DNA from: an uncultured Mucilaginibacter sp.
GTDB lineage: Bacteria; Bacteroidota; Bacteroidia; Sphingobacteriales; Sphingobacteriaceae
Reading direction: 5' to 3'
DNA: 61,874 nucleotides
Assembly (NCBI RefSeq): GCF_903913935.1
Contig: NZ_CAIWNH010000485.1
Span: forward strand, 1 to 61,874
Part shown: piece after piece, positions 19,611 through 29,753 of the stretch
How positions within the stretch are numbered: the stretch's first letter is position 1
How the letters are laid out: each line of letters begins with the position of its first letter
Position numbers and translations under genes: made by a program
The notes under the pieces: generated by a model
Told to the model about the DNA's origin: nothing
Databases searched by the model: none
The model's input: the letters and a program-made list of their open reading frames with translations, nothing else

Positions 19611-20789
19611 CTATTGGATCACTGTCACATCAAAAGTAATAGTACCAAGAGGATGTGCAGCAGCATCAGCATTTACAAAACCAATCGCCACAGTATTGCT
19701 ACTAACTACCCGTGCCCAGGCCATAGAAACGGAATTTGGTAATGCCGTTCTTGGATTAACAATCACTGTTGCGTTAACATTGGCACCGGTTACAGTGACA
19801 GTTTCCACTTCTGTTGGCGAAGTATAGATAAAGCCAGAATTATCAGTAAATGTAAAACTGGTTTTGATCATATTGGTCAGCACTGTGCCTGAGGTACCAA
19901 GTTTGTACGTGCCACCAACATCCAGTTTTGCTGCGGGGCTGGCGGTTGCAACCCCGACATTTCCGCTGCCGTCAATACGTATACGTTCGTTGGCGCCAAC
20001 GCCCCCAGTGAAAAATATTAAGTTTTTACCCGAGGTGCCATTACCGATAGAGAAATCGTTACCCGTGGAATATAGATAGCCATTACTTGCTCCGCCAATC
20101 ACGCCAGTTCCGGTGTATCCGCTTGAGTTGATGCCGAAATCCACATAATTCACTAATTCCGTGGCGGCGTCATTACTGGCCACCACATCCGAACTCGCGC
20201 TGCTGGTAGCGGCCCTGTTTTGGATATTTAATTGAAGGTAATTGTCAATATAGCCTTTACCGCAAATCACATTGTAGGAGGTAGTAGGACTGGAGGAAGA
20301 ACCAGCGTCTACCAGGAATTTCTCGCGGGGCGCGCCAGCTGTAAATACAGGGGCGGTGCCAACTGCTATACTACCTAAGCTATCGACTAAAATGCGCTGT
20401 GTGTTATTTGTGCGCACTTTAAAGGTGGTGTTATCAGTTGTCCCTAAAAAATTACTGCTTGAGTTTGTCCCGCCGTTGCCGGCTAAACTCCAATTGGTGC
20501 CGGCACTGGCTGTTAGCAGTACCCATGCAGTAATTGTGCCGTTATAGTAATAAAATCCCTTTGTAGCATCGGTTTGGTAAACCAGTAAGCCATCTGCAGG
20601 CGTAGCGATAGCAATGCGCTGCACCTGGGTCATCCTCGGAGCTAAAAAACCTTTTAAAACAGATTTGACGTCTAATACCGAAGATGAATTACCGGTATTA
20701 TACGATGCATCATCAGTAACTACCACCGTCTGCGAAAAGGCCTGGCTACAAAAACTCAGGAAAACAAACAAGCTAAAAAGTTTTTTCAT
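19611..20789 (-). CDS. Exported fibre-like (tail-fibre-type repeat) protein
   Basis: Signal peptide; LDVKS..KGFLAPRMT..QR.AI..PADGLLVYQTD module, WSLAGN..FLGTTDN, ERIRIDGSGNVGV..P.AKLDV. Confidence 0.7.
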   Translation of the reverse strand: MKKLFSLFVFLSFCSQAFSQTVVVTDDASYNTGNSSSVLDVKSVLKGFLAPRMTQVQRIAIATPADGLLVYQTDATKGFYYYNGTITAWVLLTASAGTNWSLAGNGGTNSSSNFLGTTDNTTFKVRTNNTQRILVDSLGSIAVGTAPVFTAGAPREKFLVDAGSSSSPTTSYNVICGKGYIDNYLQLNIQNRAATSSASSDVVASNDAATELVNYVDFGINSSGYTGTGVIGGASNGYLYSTGNDFSIGNGTSGKNLIFFTGGVGANERIRIDGSGNVGVATASPAAKLDVGGTYKLGTSGTVLTNMIKTSFTFTDNSGFIYTSPTEVETVTVTGANVNATVIVNPRTALPNSVSMAWARVVSSNTVAIGFVNADAAAHPLGTITFDVTVIQ

Positions 20790-21358
20790 ATGCTTTATAA
20801 ATAATTAGAAGGTCCCCATTTTCTTTAGTTTAAAAAACTGTTTATGATATTCTTCCGCATGTAAACAGCGGCACTAAATAGTTTCTAATTAATCAAATTA
20901 TATACCTTATACGGCATAGACGGGCGCCCATATTGTAGTTGCAATGATGAAAATTTTGTAATTGTTTGATTGACAAGAGTCAGGTTGCTTAACTATTGGG
21001 AGGTAAATTTATAATAAATCTGCTTATATTGGATTTAACTCCAACCTTAACCGGGGCCCAGGTTAAAAGGTGCCGGTTTTACGAAGATTACAAACCATAG
21101 TCGGTCCATTTCGCCTTTCTAAAATAAAACAAGGGTTAAAACGCCAAATTCTATGCCAATCCGGATGTTTTTTTACACATGTGACGAACATCATTTTTCG
21201 CACTAAATTCAGGCATATCTAATTTTATACATTTAATTCTATAATTCTTTAAATTAGCGTCGTTATAAACAAATTTAACCAGCACAATAATATTATTTAG
21301 AATTATTATAAATTAGATATTGCTGTCATTTGTTTGTCAGTGATACTGTAATAAATTT

Positions 21359-21366
21359 TACTTTTG
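21359..21366 (+). promoter_or_regulatory. Sigma-A -7 element for the act operon (TACTTTTG)
   Basis: TAnnTTTG with a TTTG about 22 nt upstream. Confidence 0.5.
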
Positions 21367-21450
21367 TGACTGAAAAATTCGGATATATCATACATCTCCG
21401 CGTGAATTACAATCATTAATATAGAAAATTATTTAGTATAAATACACTTT

Positions 21451-22728
21451 ATGAGGAGTTTCTCATTACTTTTTAAACAATTTTCAAGGTCGGTTTTAGT
21501 GGTTGCCGGTTTTGCTTTTTTAGGAACCTCTGCTTTTGCGCAGGGAGACGCCGCTAAGGGCGAAACCATATTTAAAGCCAAATGTACCACCTGCCACGCT
21601 ATTGACAGAAGGGTGATCGGCCCTGCGTTAGGCCCACAGCTTGATACGGAAACTGATGACAAGTTCCTGACCAAGTGGATCCAGAACAACCAGGCTTTGA
21701 TTACAGCAAAGGATCGGAAGGCCTTAGCCATTTACAACCAGTATAACCAGGCCGGCATGACCGTGTTTGCCGAATTATCTGACGCAGATGTAGCAGGCCT
21801 TATAACCTATGTGCGCACCACATACAAAGCCATGCAAACCGCACCGAAAGCTGCCGTTGGAGGACCTGCTGCAGAATCGGGCCCAAGCCAGATGGTGATC
21901 TTCGCACTGATCGGCGTTATTGTTCTAGCTTTTGTAATCATCCTTGTTTTAAACAAGGTGGTTAGCACACTCGAGAGATTGTTGCTAAAAAACAAAGAGC
22001 TAATGATAGCCGAGCCCGTTGCAGAAGCAGCCCCGGTTGACCGTATGGCGACTGTCAAAAAACTCGCCAAAAATAAAAAATTGGTGTTTTTCGTACTGCT
22101 GTGCGGCACATTGGCACTTGGCAGCTGGACATGGGTTACCCTTTGGACTACCAACGTTCACCAGGGTTACCAACCTGTACAACCAATTAAATTCCCGCAC
22201 GACCTGCATGCGGGTGCAATGAAGATTGATTGTCAATATTGTCACTCTGGTGCATACAAATCAAAAAACGCGTCCATACCATCATTAAATGTTTGTATGA
22301 ACTGTCATAAATTAATAGATCGCCGCAAAGGTGCTACAGTTCCATCACCTGAGATCGCAAAAATTTATGATGCATTGGGATACGACCCGGCAACAACTAA
22401 ATACGATAGCACCAAGGCAAGGCCAATTCAATGGATCCGTATCCACAACCTGCCTGACTTCGCTTACTTCAACCACTCACAGCACGTAAAGGTTGGCGGC
22501 TTAAAATGCCAAACCTGCCACGGCCGGGTTCAGGAAATGCCAGAAGTTTACCAATATTCGCCATTAACAATGAAATGGTGTATACAATGCCACAAACGTA
22601 CCAACGTAAATATGAAAGGCAATGCATACTATGAGAAAATGGAAGCAGTGCACGATTTGATTAAAGCTGGAAAACCGGTAACTGAGGCTGCCATGGGCGG
22701 TATCGAGTGCGGCAAATGCCACTATTAA
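21451..22728 (+). CDS. actA: Alternative complex III multiheme cytochrome c subunit (monoheme plus pentaheme)
   Basis: Six CxxCH motifs (CTTCH, CQYCH, CMNCH, CQTCH, CIQCH, CGKCH); QPIKFPH; first gene of the cluster. Confidence 0.92.
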   Translation: MRSFSLLFKQFSRSVLVVAGFAFLGTSAFAQGDAAKGETIFKAKCTTCHAIDRRVIGPALGPQLDTETDDKFLTKWIQNNQALITAKDRKALAIYNQYNQAGMTVFAELSDADVAGLITYVRTTYKAMQTAPKAAVGGPAAESGPSQMVIFALIGVIVLAFVIILVLNKVVSTLERLLLKNKELMIAEPVAEAAPVDRMATVKKLAKNKKLVFFVLLCGTLALGSWTWVTLWTTNVHQGYQPVQPIKFPHDLHAGAMKIDCQYCHSGAYKSKNASIPSLNVCMNCHKLIDRRKGATVPSPEIAKIYDALGYDPATTKYDSTKARPIQWIRIHNLPDFAYFNHSQHVKVGGLKCQTCHGRVQEMPEVYQYSPLTMKWCIQCHKRTNVNMKGNAYYEKMEAVHDLIKAGKPVTEAAMGGIECGKCHY

Positions 22729-22769
22729 TAATTTGATTAAAACTTATCATTACAGTTTATTTAGCTTAA

Positions 22770-25700
22770 ATGGATAGCAATAAAAAATACTGGAAAGGTT
22801 TAGAAGAGCTGAACAAAACCCCGGAATTTGTTGAATTGAACAAACACGAATTTGCGGAGCCTATTCCAATCGAAGATGTTTTAACAGGAGGCGGTTTAGA
22901 AGGAAGAACACCGCGCCGCGACTTTTTAAAAGCAGTAGGCTTTGGCGTAGGTGCAGTAACACTTGCAGCTTGTCAAAAAGTACCTGTTCATAAATCCATT
23001 CCCTATTTAATAAAACCTGAGGAAGTTACCCCTGGTATTGCCAACTACTACGCCTCCACTATAGAAGGCCAGGCTATTTTGGTAAAAACCCGCGAAGGTC
23101 GTCCGATTAAAATAGAAGGTAACCCTAACGATATCATAGGGAAAGGCGGTTTAAGTGCAAGGGCACAAGCGTCTGTACTTGACCTTTATGATGTTACCCG
23201 CTTAAAAAATCCATTAAAAGATAATGGCGATTACGGCTGGGAACAAACCGATAACTTTGTTAAAAGCGAACTTGACGCTATTAAAGCATCTGGTAAAAAA
23301 ATCCGCCTGATCACATCGACAATTACAAGCCCATCCTCACTGGCAGTAATTGCTGATTTCCTGACGGCCTATCCAACTGCAAAACACATTAATTATGATG
23401 CGGTATCCTATACCGGCATTATCCAGGGTAACCAGAATAGCTTCGGCAAAGCGGTGTTGCCTCATTATAACTTTGATAAAGCAGATGTAATTGTAAGCTT
23501 TGGCGCCGACTTTTTGGGTACATGGATCTCGCCTGTTGAATTCATCAGGCAGTATGTACAAAACAGGAACAACAAGTCGCTCGAGGCTAAAAAAATGTCG
23601 CGTCACATCCAGTTTGAAACCTCGATGAGCGTAACAGGCACCAATGCTGACGTTCGTATCCCGATAAAACCATCCGAAGAAGGTGTTGCGCTGCTTAATT
23701 TATACAATGCTATTTCGGGCACTACTTTACCTGGCAGCCAGAAACTAACAAACAATCCAATTGCGGATAAAGCTTTAACACTTGTTGCAAAAGAATTACT
23801 GCAAGCTAAAGGTAAAGCGTTGGTGGTTGCAGGTTCAAATGATGTAGCTACCCAGATTTTGGTTAACGCCATCAACTCCCTGTTAGGAAGCTATGGCAAG
23901 ACCATCGACCTGGACAATCCGTCAAAACAATTTGCAGGCAACGACGCAGAATTTGCGGAATTTGTTAGTGAAATGAACAGCGGCGATGTTGGCGCAGTAT
24001 TTTTCCTGAATGCCAACCCGGTTTATGATTATTATAAAAGTGCCGATGTTGTAACCGGTTTGAAAAAAGTGCGCTTAAAAGTATCTTTCTCTGATAAAAA
24101 CGAGGAAACTGCTGCACTTTGTAACATTATTGCTCCAAACCATCATTACCTTGAATCATGGGGTGATGATAGTGCATTGGAAGGCTACTATACTATTTTA
24201 CAACCAACCATAAACCCTGTTTATGATACCCGCCAGGCCGAACATAGCCTGATGGTTTGGTCTGGAAGCACAGTAAAAGATTATTATACCTATGTACGCA
24301 ACACCTGGGATAAATCGCTTCTTGCAAAAGGCGGGTTATCCGGACAGGCAGGTTGGGAAAAATTATTACAAACCGGTTTTGTACAAACCGCGCCTATCGC
24401 CGCAGGCAGCTACTCTTTCTCGTACGGATTAGACAGCGTTGCACAAAAAATACTGGATCACAGCAAAGAACTTACCGCCGATGGCAGCAAAGTTGAATTG
24501 CAGCTTTACCAAAAAGTATCCATGCGCGATGGTAAAAGGGCCAACAACCCATGGTTGCAGGAATTGCCCGACCCGGTTAGCAAAACAACCTGGGATAATT
24601 ACGCTAACGTATCCCCTGCTGACATGAAGAAATGGGGCTGGCAAGACGGTGATGTAGTTAAAATTGACGCAAACGGTTATTCAATAAGTGTACCTGTAAT
24701 ATCACAACCAGGGCAGGCACAAGGCACTGTATCAGTAGCTGTTGGCTACGGTCGTACCATTGCCGGTCCGGTTGGCGACAACGTAGGTAAAAACGCATTT
24801 CCTTTCCATACCCTGCGTAATAACACGCTGCAAGCAAGCGTTGTTGCCGCTCTAACAGCTACCGGTACAAATTCGCCGCTGGCACAAACACAAACGCACC
24901 ACTCTATTGAAGGGCGTAACAGCATTATCAAAGAAGCAACCTTTACTGAATACCTTAAAAATCCGGGTGCACGTACCGGTAAAGAAGAAGATCATAAAGT
25001 ATACAACCTGTGGGACAATTACGAGCACCCTACTTATAACTGGGTAATGGCCATCGACCTTAACGCTTGTACCGGTTGCGGTGCATGCGTGGTTGCCTGC
25101 AGTGCTGAAAATAACGTACCTGTTGTTGGTAAAGACGAAGTTAGACGTCGCCGCGAAATGCACTGGATCCGTATCGACCGCTATTACAGCTTTAATGACA
25201 ATGGCGACAATGGTGGTACAACCCGTGAACACGAGATTGCCAAACTTGACGATCTGGATCACGTAAAGGTGGTTTACCAGCCAATGCTTTGCCAACATTG
25301 CGATCATGCACCTTGCGAAACTGTGTGCCCGGTATTAGCTACCGTACACTCATCCGAAGGTTTAAACCACATGGCGTATAACCGTTGTATAGGTACCCGT
25401 TACTGTGCTAACAACTGCCCTTATAAAGTTCGTCGCTTCAACTGGTTTAACTACTGGAACGATGCCCGTTTTGAGAACTACTTACAGGGTGATCATACCC
25501 AACTGGTACTTAACCCTGATGTTACTACCCGTTTCCGCGGTGTGATGGAAAAATGCTCCATGTGTATCCAGCGCATCCAGGCAGGTAAATTAAAGGCTAA
25601 GATTGAAAAACGCCCGCTTAAAGATGGTGACGTAAAAGTTGCCTGCCAACAAACATGCCCTGCAAATGCGATCGTATTTGGTGACGGAAATGATCCTGAA

Positions 25701-25820
25701 TCAGAAGTTTCAAAAGCGTTAAAGAGCGAGAGGACTTATTACGTGCTGGAAGAGTTGGGTGTACAGCCAGGAGTTGGATACCAGGTAAAAGTTAGAAATA
25801 TATCTGAATTAGAAGCTTAA
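22770..25820 (+). CDS. actB: ACIII subunit B (molybdopterin-oxidoreductase-like plus Fe-S domains)
   Basis: KKYWK leader, TAT-variant RRDFLK, lipobox LAAC, CTGCGAC, CQHC..APC..VCP, CIGTRYCANNCP. Confidence 0.95.
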   Translation: MDSNKKYWKGLEELNKTPEFVELNKHEFAEPIPIEDVLTGGGLEGRTPRRDFLKAVGFGVGAVTLAACQKVPVHKSIPYLIKPEEVTPGIANYYASTIEGQAILVKTREGRPIKIEGNPNDIIGKGGLSARAQASVLDLYDVTRLKNPLKDNGDYGWEQTDNFVKSELDAIKASGKKIRLITSTITSPSSLAVIADFLTAYPTAKHINYDAVSYTGIIQGNQNSFGKAVLPHYNFDKADVIVSFGADFLGTWISPVEFIRQYVQNRNNKSLEAKKMSRHIQFETSMSVTGTNADVRIPIKPSEEGVALLNLYNAISGTTLPGSQKLTNNPIADKALTLVAKELLQAKGKALVVAGSNDVATQILVNAINSLLGSYGKTIDLDNPSKQFAGNDAEFAEFVSEMNSGDVGAVFFLNANPVYDYYKSADVVTGLKKVRLKVSFSDKNEETAALCNIIAPNHHYLESWGDDSALEGYYTILQPTINPVYDTRQAEHSLMVWSGSTVKDYYTYVRNTWDKSLLAKGGLSGQAGWEKLLQTGFVQTAPIAAGSYSFSYGLDSVAQKILDHSKELTADGSKVELQLYQKVSMRDGKRANNPWLQELPDPVSKTTWDNYANVSPADMKKWGWQDGDVVKIDANGYSISVPVISQPGQAQGTVSVAVGYGRTIAGPVGDNVGKNAFPFHTLRNNTLQASVVAALTATGTNSPLAQTQTHHSIEGRNSIIKEATFTEYLKNPGARTGKEEDHKVYNLWDNYEHPTYNWVMAIDLNACTGCGACVVACSAENNVPVVGKDEVRRRREMHWIRIDRYYSFNDNGDNGGTTREHEIAKLDDLDHVKVVYQPMLCQHCDHAPCETVCPVLATVHSSEGLNHMAYNRCIGTRYCANNCPYKVRRFNWFNYWNDARFENYLQGDHTQLVLNPDVTTRFRGVMEKCSMCIQRIQAGKLKAKIEKRPLKDGDVKVACQQTCPANAIVFGDGNDPESEVSKALKSERTYYVLEELGVQPGVGYQVKVRNISELEA

Positions 25821-25845
25821 TTAATTACAAGAGAGATTATAAAAT

Positions 25846-27321
25846 ATGGCATCTCATAGTGAATCAATAATAAGAGAACCGTTAATTACAGGCAAAGACA
25901 TCACCTATGCCCAAATTACTAACGATGTTCTTCGCCCAGTAGAAAATATGCCGGGCAAAGCCTGGTGGATAGGCTTTGTGGTGGCTGTTTTAGGGGCTTG
26001 CCTTTGGTTATTTTCTGTTAGCTGGACCTTTTGGTACGGTATAGGCGAGTGGGGACTTAACAAAACAGTTGGATGGGCCTGGGATATTACAGGTTTCGTT
26101 TGGTGGGTAGGTATTGGTCACGCCGGTACGCTTATTTCGGCCATCTTGTTGCTGTTCCGTCAAAACTGGCGCAACTCCATCAATCGCTCTGCTGAAGCGA
26201 TGACTATTTTCGCTGTAATCTGCGCAGCCTCGTACATCGTTTGTCACATGGGCCGCCCATGGATGTTTGTTTATTCGTTACCACTACCAAATACCTATAC
26301 ACTTTGGGTTAACTTTAACTCACCGCTGATCTGGGACGTATTCGCGATCTCAACTTACTTCTCTGTATCATTGGTATTCTGGTATACAGGTTTGTTGCCC
26401 GATTTAGCTACTATCCGCGACCGTGCTACAGGTTTACGCCGCAAAATTTATTCTTTCTGTTCATTTGGATGGACCGGATCGGTAAAAACATGGCAGCGTT
26501 TTGAAACAGTTTGTTTGATCCTTGCTGGTATTTCTACGCCACTGGTACTTTCGGTACACACTATTGTATCTATGGACTTTGCTACCTCGCTTGAACCGGG
26601 ATGGCATACCACTATCTTCCCTCCCTATTTCGTTGCCGGGGCGATTTTCTCAGGCTTCGCGATGGTACAGACGCTATTATTGGTTACCCGTAAAGTATTA
26701 GGACTGGAGAATTATATCACTATGTTCCATATTGAGGCGATGAACAAGATCATCCTTTTAACAGGCTCGATCGTTGGCGTTGCTTATTTAACAGAATTCT
26801 TTATCGCCTTTTACTCAGGTGGCGAATACGAACAATATACCTTCCTTAACAGGTTCATCGGACCATACTGGTGGGCGGGTTGCATGATGTACGGATGTAA
26901 CGTGCTGATGACCCAACTAATGTGGTTCAAATCCATCCGCAGGAATATCCCTATTGCTTGGGTATTATCTATCGTGGTGAACATCGGTATGTGGTTTGAA
27001 AGGTTTGTGATTATCGTTGTTTCCCTGCACCGTGACTTTGTTCCATCAAGCTGGGCAATGTTTTATCCAACATGGGTTGACATGAGTATTTTTATCGGTT
27101 CGATAGGATTGTTCTTCACGATGTTCCTTTTATTTATCAGGGTATTGCCTTCAATAGCAATGGCCGAAGTAAAACTGATCCTGAAGAGTTCAAGTGAGCA
27201 GGCCAAGAAAAAATTAATGGCACACGGCGACCTGGACGAAGAGCAGGTAGAATTTTATAAAGAATCATTGGTGAAATTTGACAGCGTTGAGATTTCTGAT
27301 TACCAAAAAGCAAAAAAATGA
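25846..27321 (+). CDS. actC: ACIII subunit C (NrfD-like quinol-oxidising membrane subunit)
   Basis: FVWWVGIGHAGTLISA, NRSAEAMT, SPLIWD, WFERF. Confidence 0.95.
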   Translation: MASHSESIIREPLITGKDITYAQITNDVLRPVENMPGKAWWIGFVVAVLGACLWLFSVSWTFWYGIGEWGLNKTVGWAWDITGFVWWVGIGHAGTLISAILLLFRQNWRNSINRSAEAMTIFAVICAASYIVCHMGRPWMFVYSLPLPNTYTLWVNFNSPLIWDVFAISTYFSVSLVFWYTGLLPDLATIRDRATGLRRKIYSFCSFGWTGSVKTWQRFETVCLILAGISTPLVLSVHTIVSMDFATSLEPGWHTTIFPPYFVAGAIFSGFAMVQTLLLVTRKVLGLENYITMFHIEAMNKIILLTGSIVGVAYLTEFFIAFYSGGEYEQYTFLNRFIGPYWWAGCMMYGCNVLMTQLMWFKSIRRNIPIAWVLSIVVNIGMWFERFVIIVVSLHRDFVPSSWAMFYPTWVDMSIFIGSIGLFFTMFLLFIRVLPSIAMAEVKLILKSSSEQAKKKLMAHGDLDEEQVEFYKESLVKFDSVEISDYQKAKK

Positions 27322-27854
27322 GCAGTACCAAATATATTTTAGGCCTTTTTGCAGACCCCGATGAAATGATGCACGGGATAGATCTGTTACAAAAGAATAG
27401 TGTGCCAATTTATGATGTTTTCACCCCGATGCCGATTCACGGTATCGAAAAGAAACTCGGCATTAAGGATTCCCGTTTAGGTTTCGCAGCTTTTATGTTT
27501 GGCTGCCTGGGCGGTACAACCATCTTCAGCATTGCTTACTATATGCTGGTGCATGACTGGCCGATGAACATTGGTGGTAAGCCAGCATTTGCAATACCCG
27601 ATTTTGTTCCCATCACTTTCGAATGGACCGTATTGTTTACGGCTTTTGGTATGACCCTTACCTTCTTTTTTGCAACGCATCTTTTTCCAGGCCGTACACC
27701 AAGGGTTATGGACCTGCGTGCAACAGATGACAGGTTTGTGATTGCTATTGACGCAAAAGGAAATACACCACACGACGATATAACTAAAATTTTAAAAGAA
27801 GCAGGAGCTGTTGAAGTAAAGCATAACGACAGAAAATATGTTAGCTATGAATAA
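27318..27854 (+). CDS. actD: ACIII subunit D (DUF3341)
   Basis: TPMPIHG, DWPMNIGGKP, PITFE. Confidence 0.9.
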   Translation: MSSTKYILGLFADPDEMMHGIDLLQKNSVPIYDVFTPMPIHGIEKKLGIKDSRLGFAAFMFGCLGGTTIFSIAYYMLVHDWPMNIGGKPAFAIPDFVPITFEWTVLFTAFGMTLTFFFATHLFPGRTPRVMDLRATDDRFVIAIDAKGNTPHDDITKILKEAGAVEVKHNDRKYVSYE

Positions 27855-28422
27855 AATAAAAATATTGGGCACAATAGCTGTTGCTATCACTGCTACGATA
27901 GCTATTTCATCGTGCAAGGATAAAAGAAGTACTGGCTGGGAATACGCTCCCAATATGTACGAACACCTTGCCTATGATCCGGACCAGATAAATGATAATT
28001 TTAAGGATGGCAAAACCGCGCAGGTTCCCCCTGCAGGGACAACGCCTATAGGTTTCGTACGTTTTGATTATCCAAATTCAAAGGATGGTTATGAAAAAGC
28101 CGGCCTCGAAGTAAAAAGCACGTTGCCGCAAACACAGGCAAATTATGCTGAAGGTAAATTATTATTTACTTCCTATTGCGCACCATGCCATGGGGTAAGC
28201 GGCAATGGTGATGGTTTGGTGGTTGCTCACGGCTTCTCCGCTCCTCCATCGTATTCAACTGGTGTATCATCACGCGGTGGCAATATGAAAGACCTTACTG
28301 ACGGCAAAATTTATCATACTATTACTTATGGTGTAAACGCTATGGGTTCATATGCTTCACAGCTTGACCCAACCGAAAGATGGAAAGTAATTATGTATGT
28401 TCACCATTTACAAACTTTATAA
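27847..28422 (+). CDS. actE: ACIII monoheme cytochrome c lipoprotein
   Basis: Lipobox ISSC, CAPCH, NAMGSYA, ERW. Confidence 0.9.
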   Translation: MNKIKILGTIAVAITATIAISSCKDKRSTGWEYAPNMYEHLAYDPDQINDNFKDGKTAQVPPAGTTPIGFVRFDYPNSKDGYEKAGLEVKSTLPQTQANYAEGKLLFTSYCAPCHGVSGNGDGLVVAHGFSAPPSYSTGVSSRGGNMKDLTDGKIYHTITYGVNAMGSYASQLDPTERWKVIMYVHHLQTL

Positions 28423-28435
28423 GCTGATTTTTTAA

Positions 28436-29704
28436 ATGAAGACTTCTCATAGTTTCGACGAACGATTTCAATTTCAAGGCAATGCCAAAACCTGGAGCCT
28501 TGTATTGATGGCTATTGGCGTAATTGGAATAGCAATCGGTTTTTTAACAGGCGGCGGCGAACGTACATTTGCTAACCTGCTGCTGATGTCCTATTATTTT
28601 GCTTGCGTTTGTACCTGCGGCGTATTTTTCCTGGCTGTACAGTATGTAGCCCAGGCTGGCTGGTCAGCTGCCATCCTGAGGATTCCACAGGCATTTGCTA
28701 AAACACTGCCAATAGCAGCGGTTATATTGTTTGCAGTTATCTTTCTGGGCATTTTTATGACCCATACCGGCCTAAACGAGTACGGCAAACAATCAACTAT
28801 TCCCTTTCTATATAAACTTTGGGCAGTAAAAGGTGTAACTACCTTTGGCGATCCAAATTATGATGCCGTTATAAAAGCAAAATCGGGTTATTTGAATGTA
28901 CCGTTTTTTCTTATCCGTATCGCTTTATACCTGGTTTGTTATTCAGGATTAGGTGCATTGCTGGTAAAATATTCCAATAATGAAGATGCTTTGGGCGGAA
29001 TGTTTAACTACAACAAAAGCTTTAAAGTTTCGGTTATTTTTCTGGTGATATTCGGTTTTACCGTTCCGCTATTTGCCTTTGATACTATCATGTCATTAGA
29101 GGCTCACTGGTTTTCAACTATGTTTGGCTGGTACAATTTTGCAGCATTATGGGTTGGCGGTTTGTCAGTAATTACATTAACCATTATTATTTTACGCCAA
29201 AATGGTTACCTTGAATGGGTTACCGAAGATCATCTTCACAATTTAGGCCAGCTAATGTTTGGTTTCTCTGTATTCTGGACATACTTGTGGTTTGCACAGT
29301 TCCTGCTAACCTGGTATGCCAATATTCCGGAAGAGTCGGCTTATTTTTACAGTAGGTGGCGGCCTGAGTTTATAGGATGGTTCTGGTTAAATATCATTAT
29401 CAATTTCCTTACGCCATTGCTGTTATTAATGAAACGCGATTCAAAACGCCTGGTGCCGGTATTAAAAGCGGCTTGTATCATCCTGATCTGTGGTCACTGG
29501 CTTGATTACTGGCAAATGATTATGCCAGGCGCTGTTGGCCCGCAGTCAAACTGGTATACCGAGATCAGCTGGCCAGAGATCACTATATTTTTAGGTTTTG
29601 CAGGTTTATTTATCTTTACTATGCTGAATTCATTAAGTAAATTTAATTCGCTGATACCAAAAAAACACCCGTTGCTGGACGAGAGCCTCCATCATCACAT
29701 ATAA
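28436..29704 (+). CDS. actF: ACIII subunit F (membrane)
   Basis: Multi-TM; MSLEAHWFSTMFG, WTYLWFAQ, WYANIPEE. Confidence 0.9.
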   Translation: MKTSHSFDERFQFQGNAKTWSLVLMAIGVIGIAIGFLTGGGERTFANLLLMSYYFACVCTCGVFFLAVQYVAQAGWSAAILRIPQAFAKTLPIAAVILFAVIFLGIFMTHTGLNEYGKQSTIPFLYKLWAVKGVTTFGDPNYDAVIKAKSGYLNVPFFLIRIALYLVCYSGLGALLVKYSNNEDALGGMFNYNKSFKVSVIFLVIFGFTVPLFAFDTIMSLEAHWFSTMFGWYNFAALWVGGLSVITLTIIILRQNGYLEWVTEDHLHNLGQLMFGFSVFWTYLWFAQFLLTWYANIPEESAYFYSRWRPEFIGWFWLNIIINFLTPLLLLMKRDSKRLVPVLKAACIILICGHWLDYWQMIMPGAVGPQSNWYTEISWPEITIFLGFAGLFIFTMLNSLSKFNSLIPKKHPLLDESLHHHI

Positions 29705-29753
29705 TAATTAATAAATTTGCACCAAAATAAAAGAATACCAAACATAAAATAAG

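Noticed and set aside
19611-20789. Prophage tail fibre
   Set aside because: It has a Sec signal peptide and no phage structural, integrase or lysis genes lie nearby.
21180-21195. Crp/Fnr-like box TGTGA-N6-TCATT upstream of actA
   Set aside because: Only a partial match and far from the putative promoter; not supportable.
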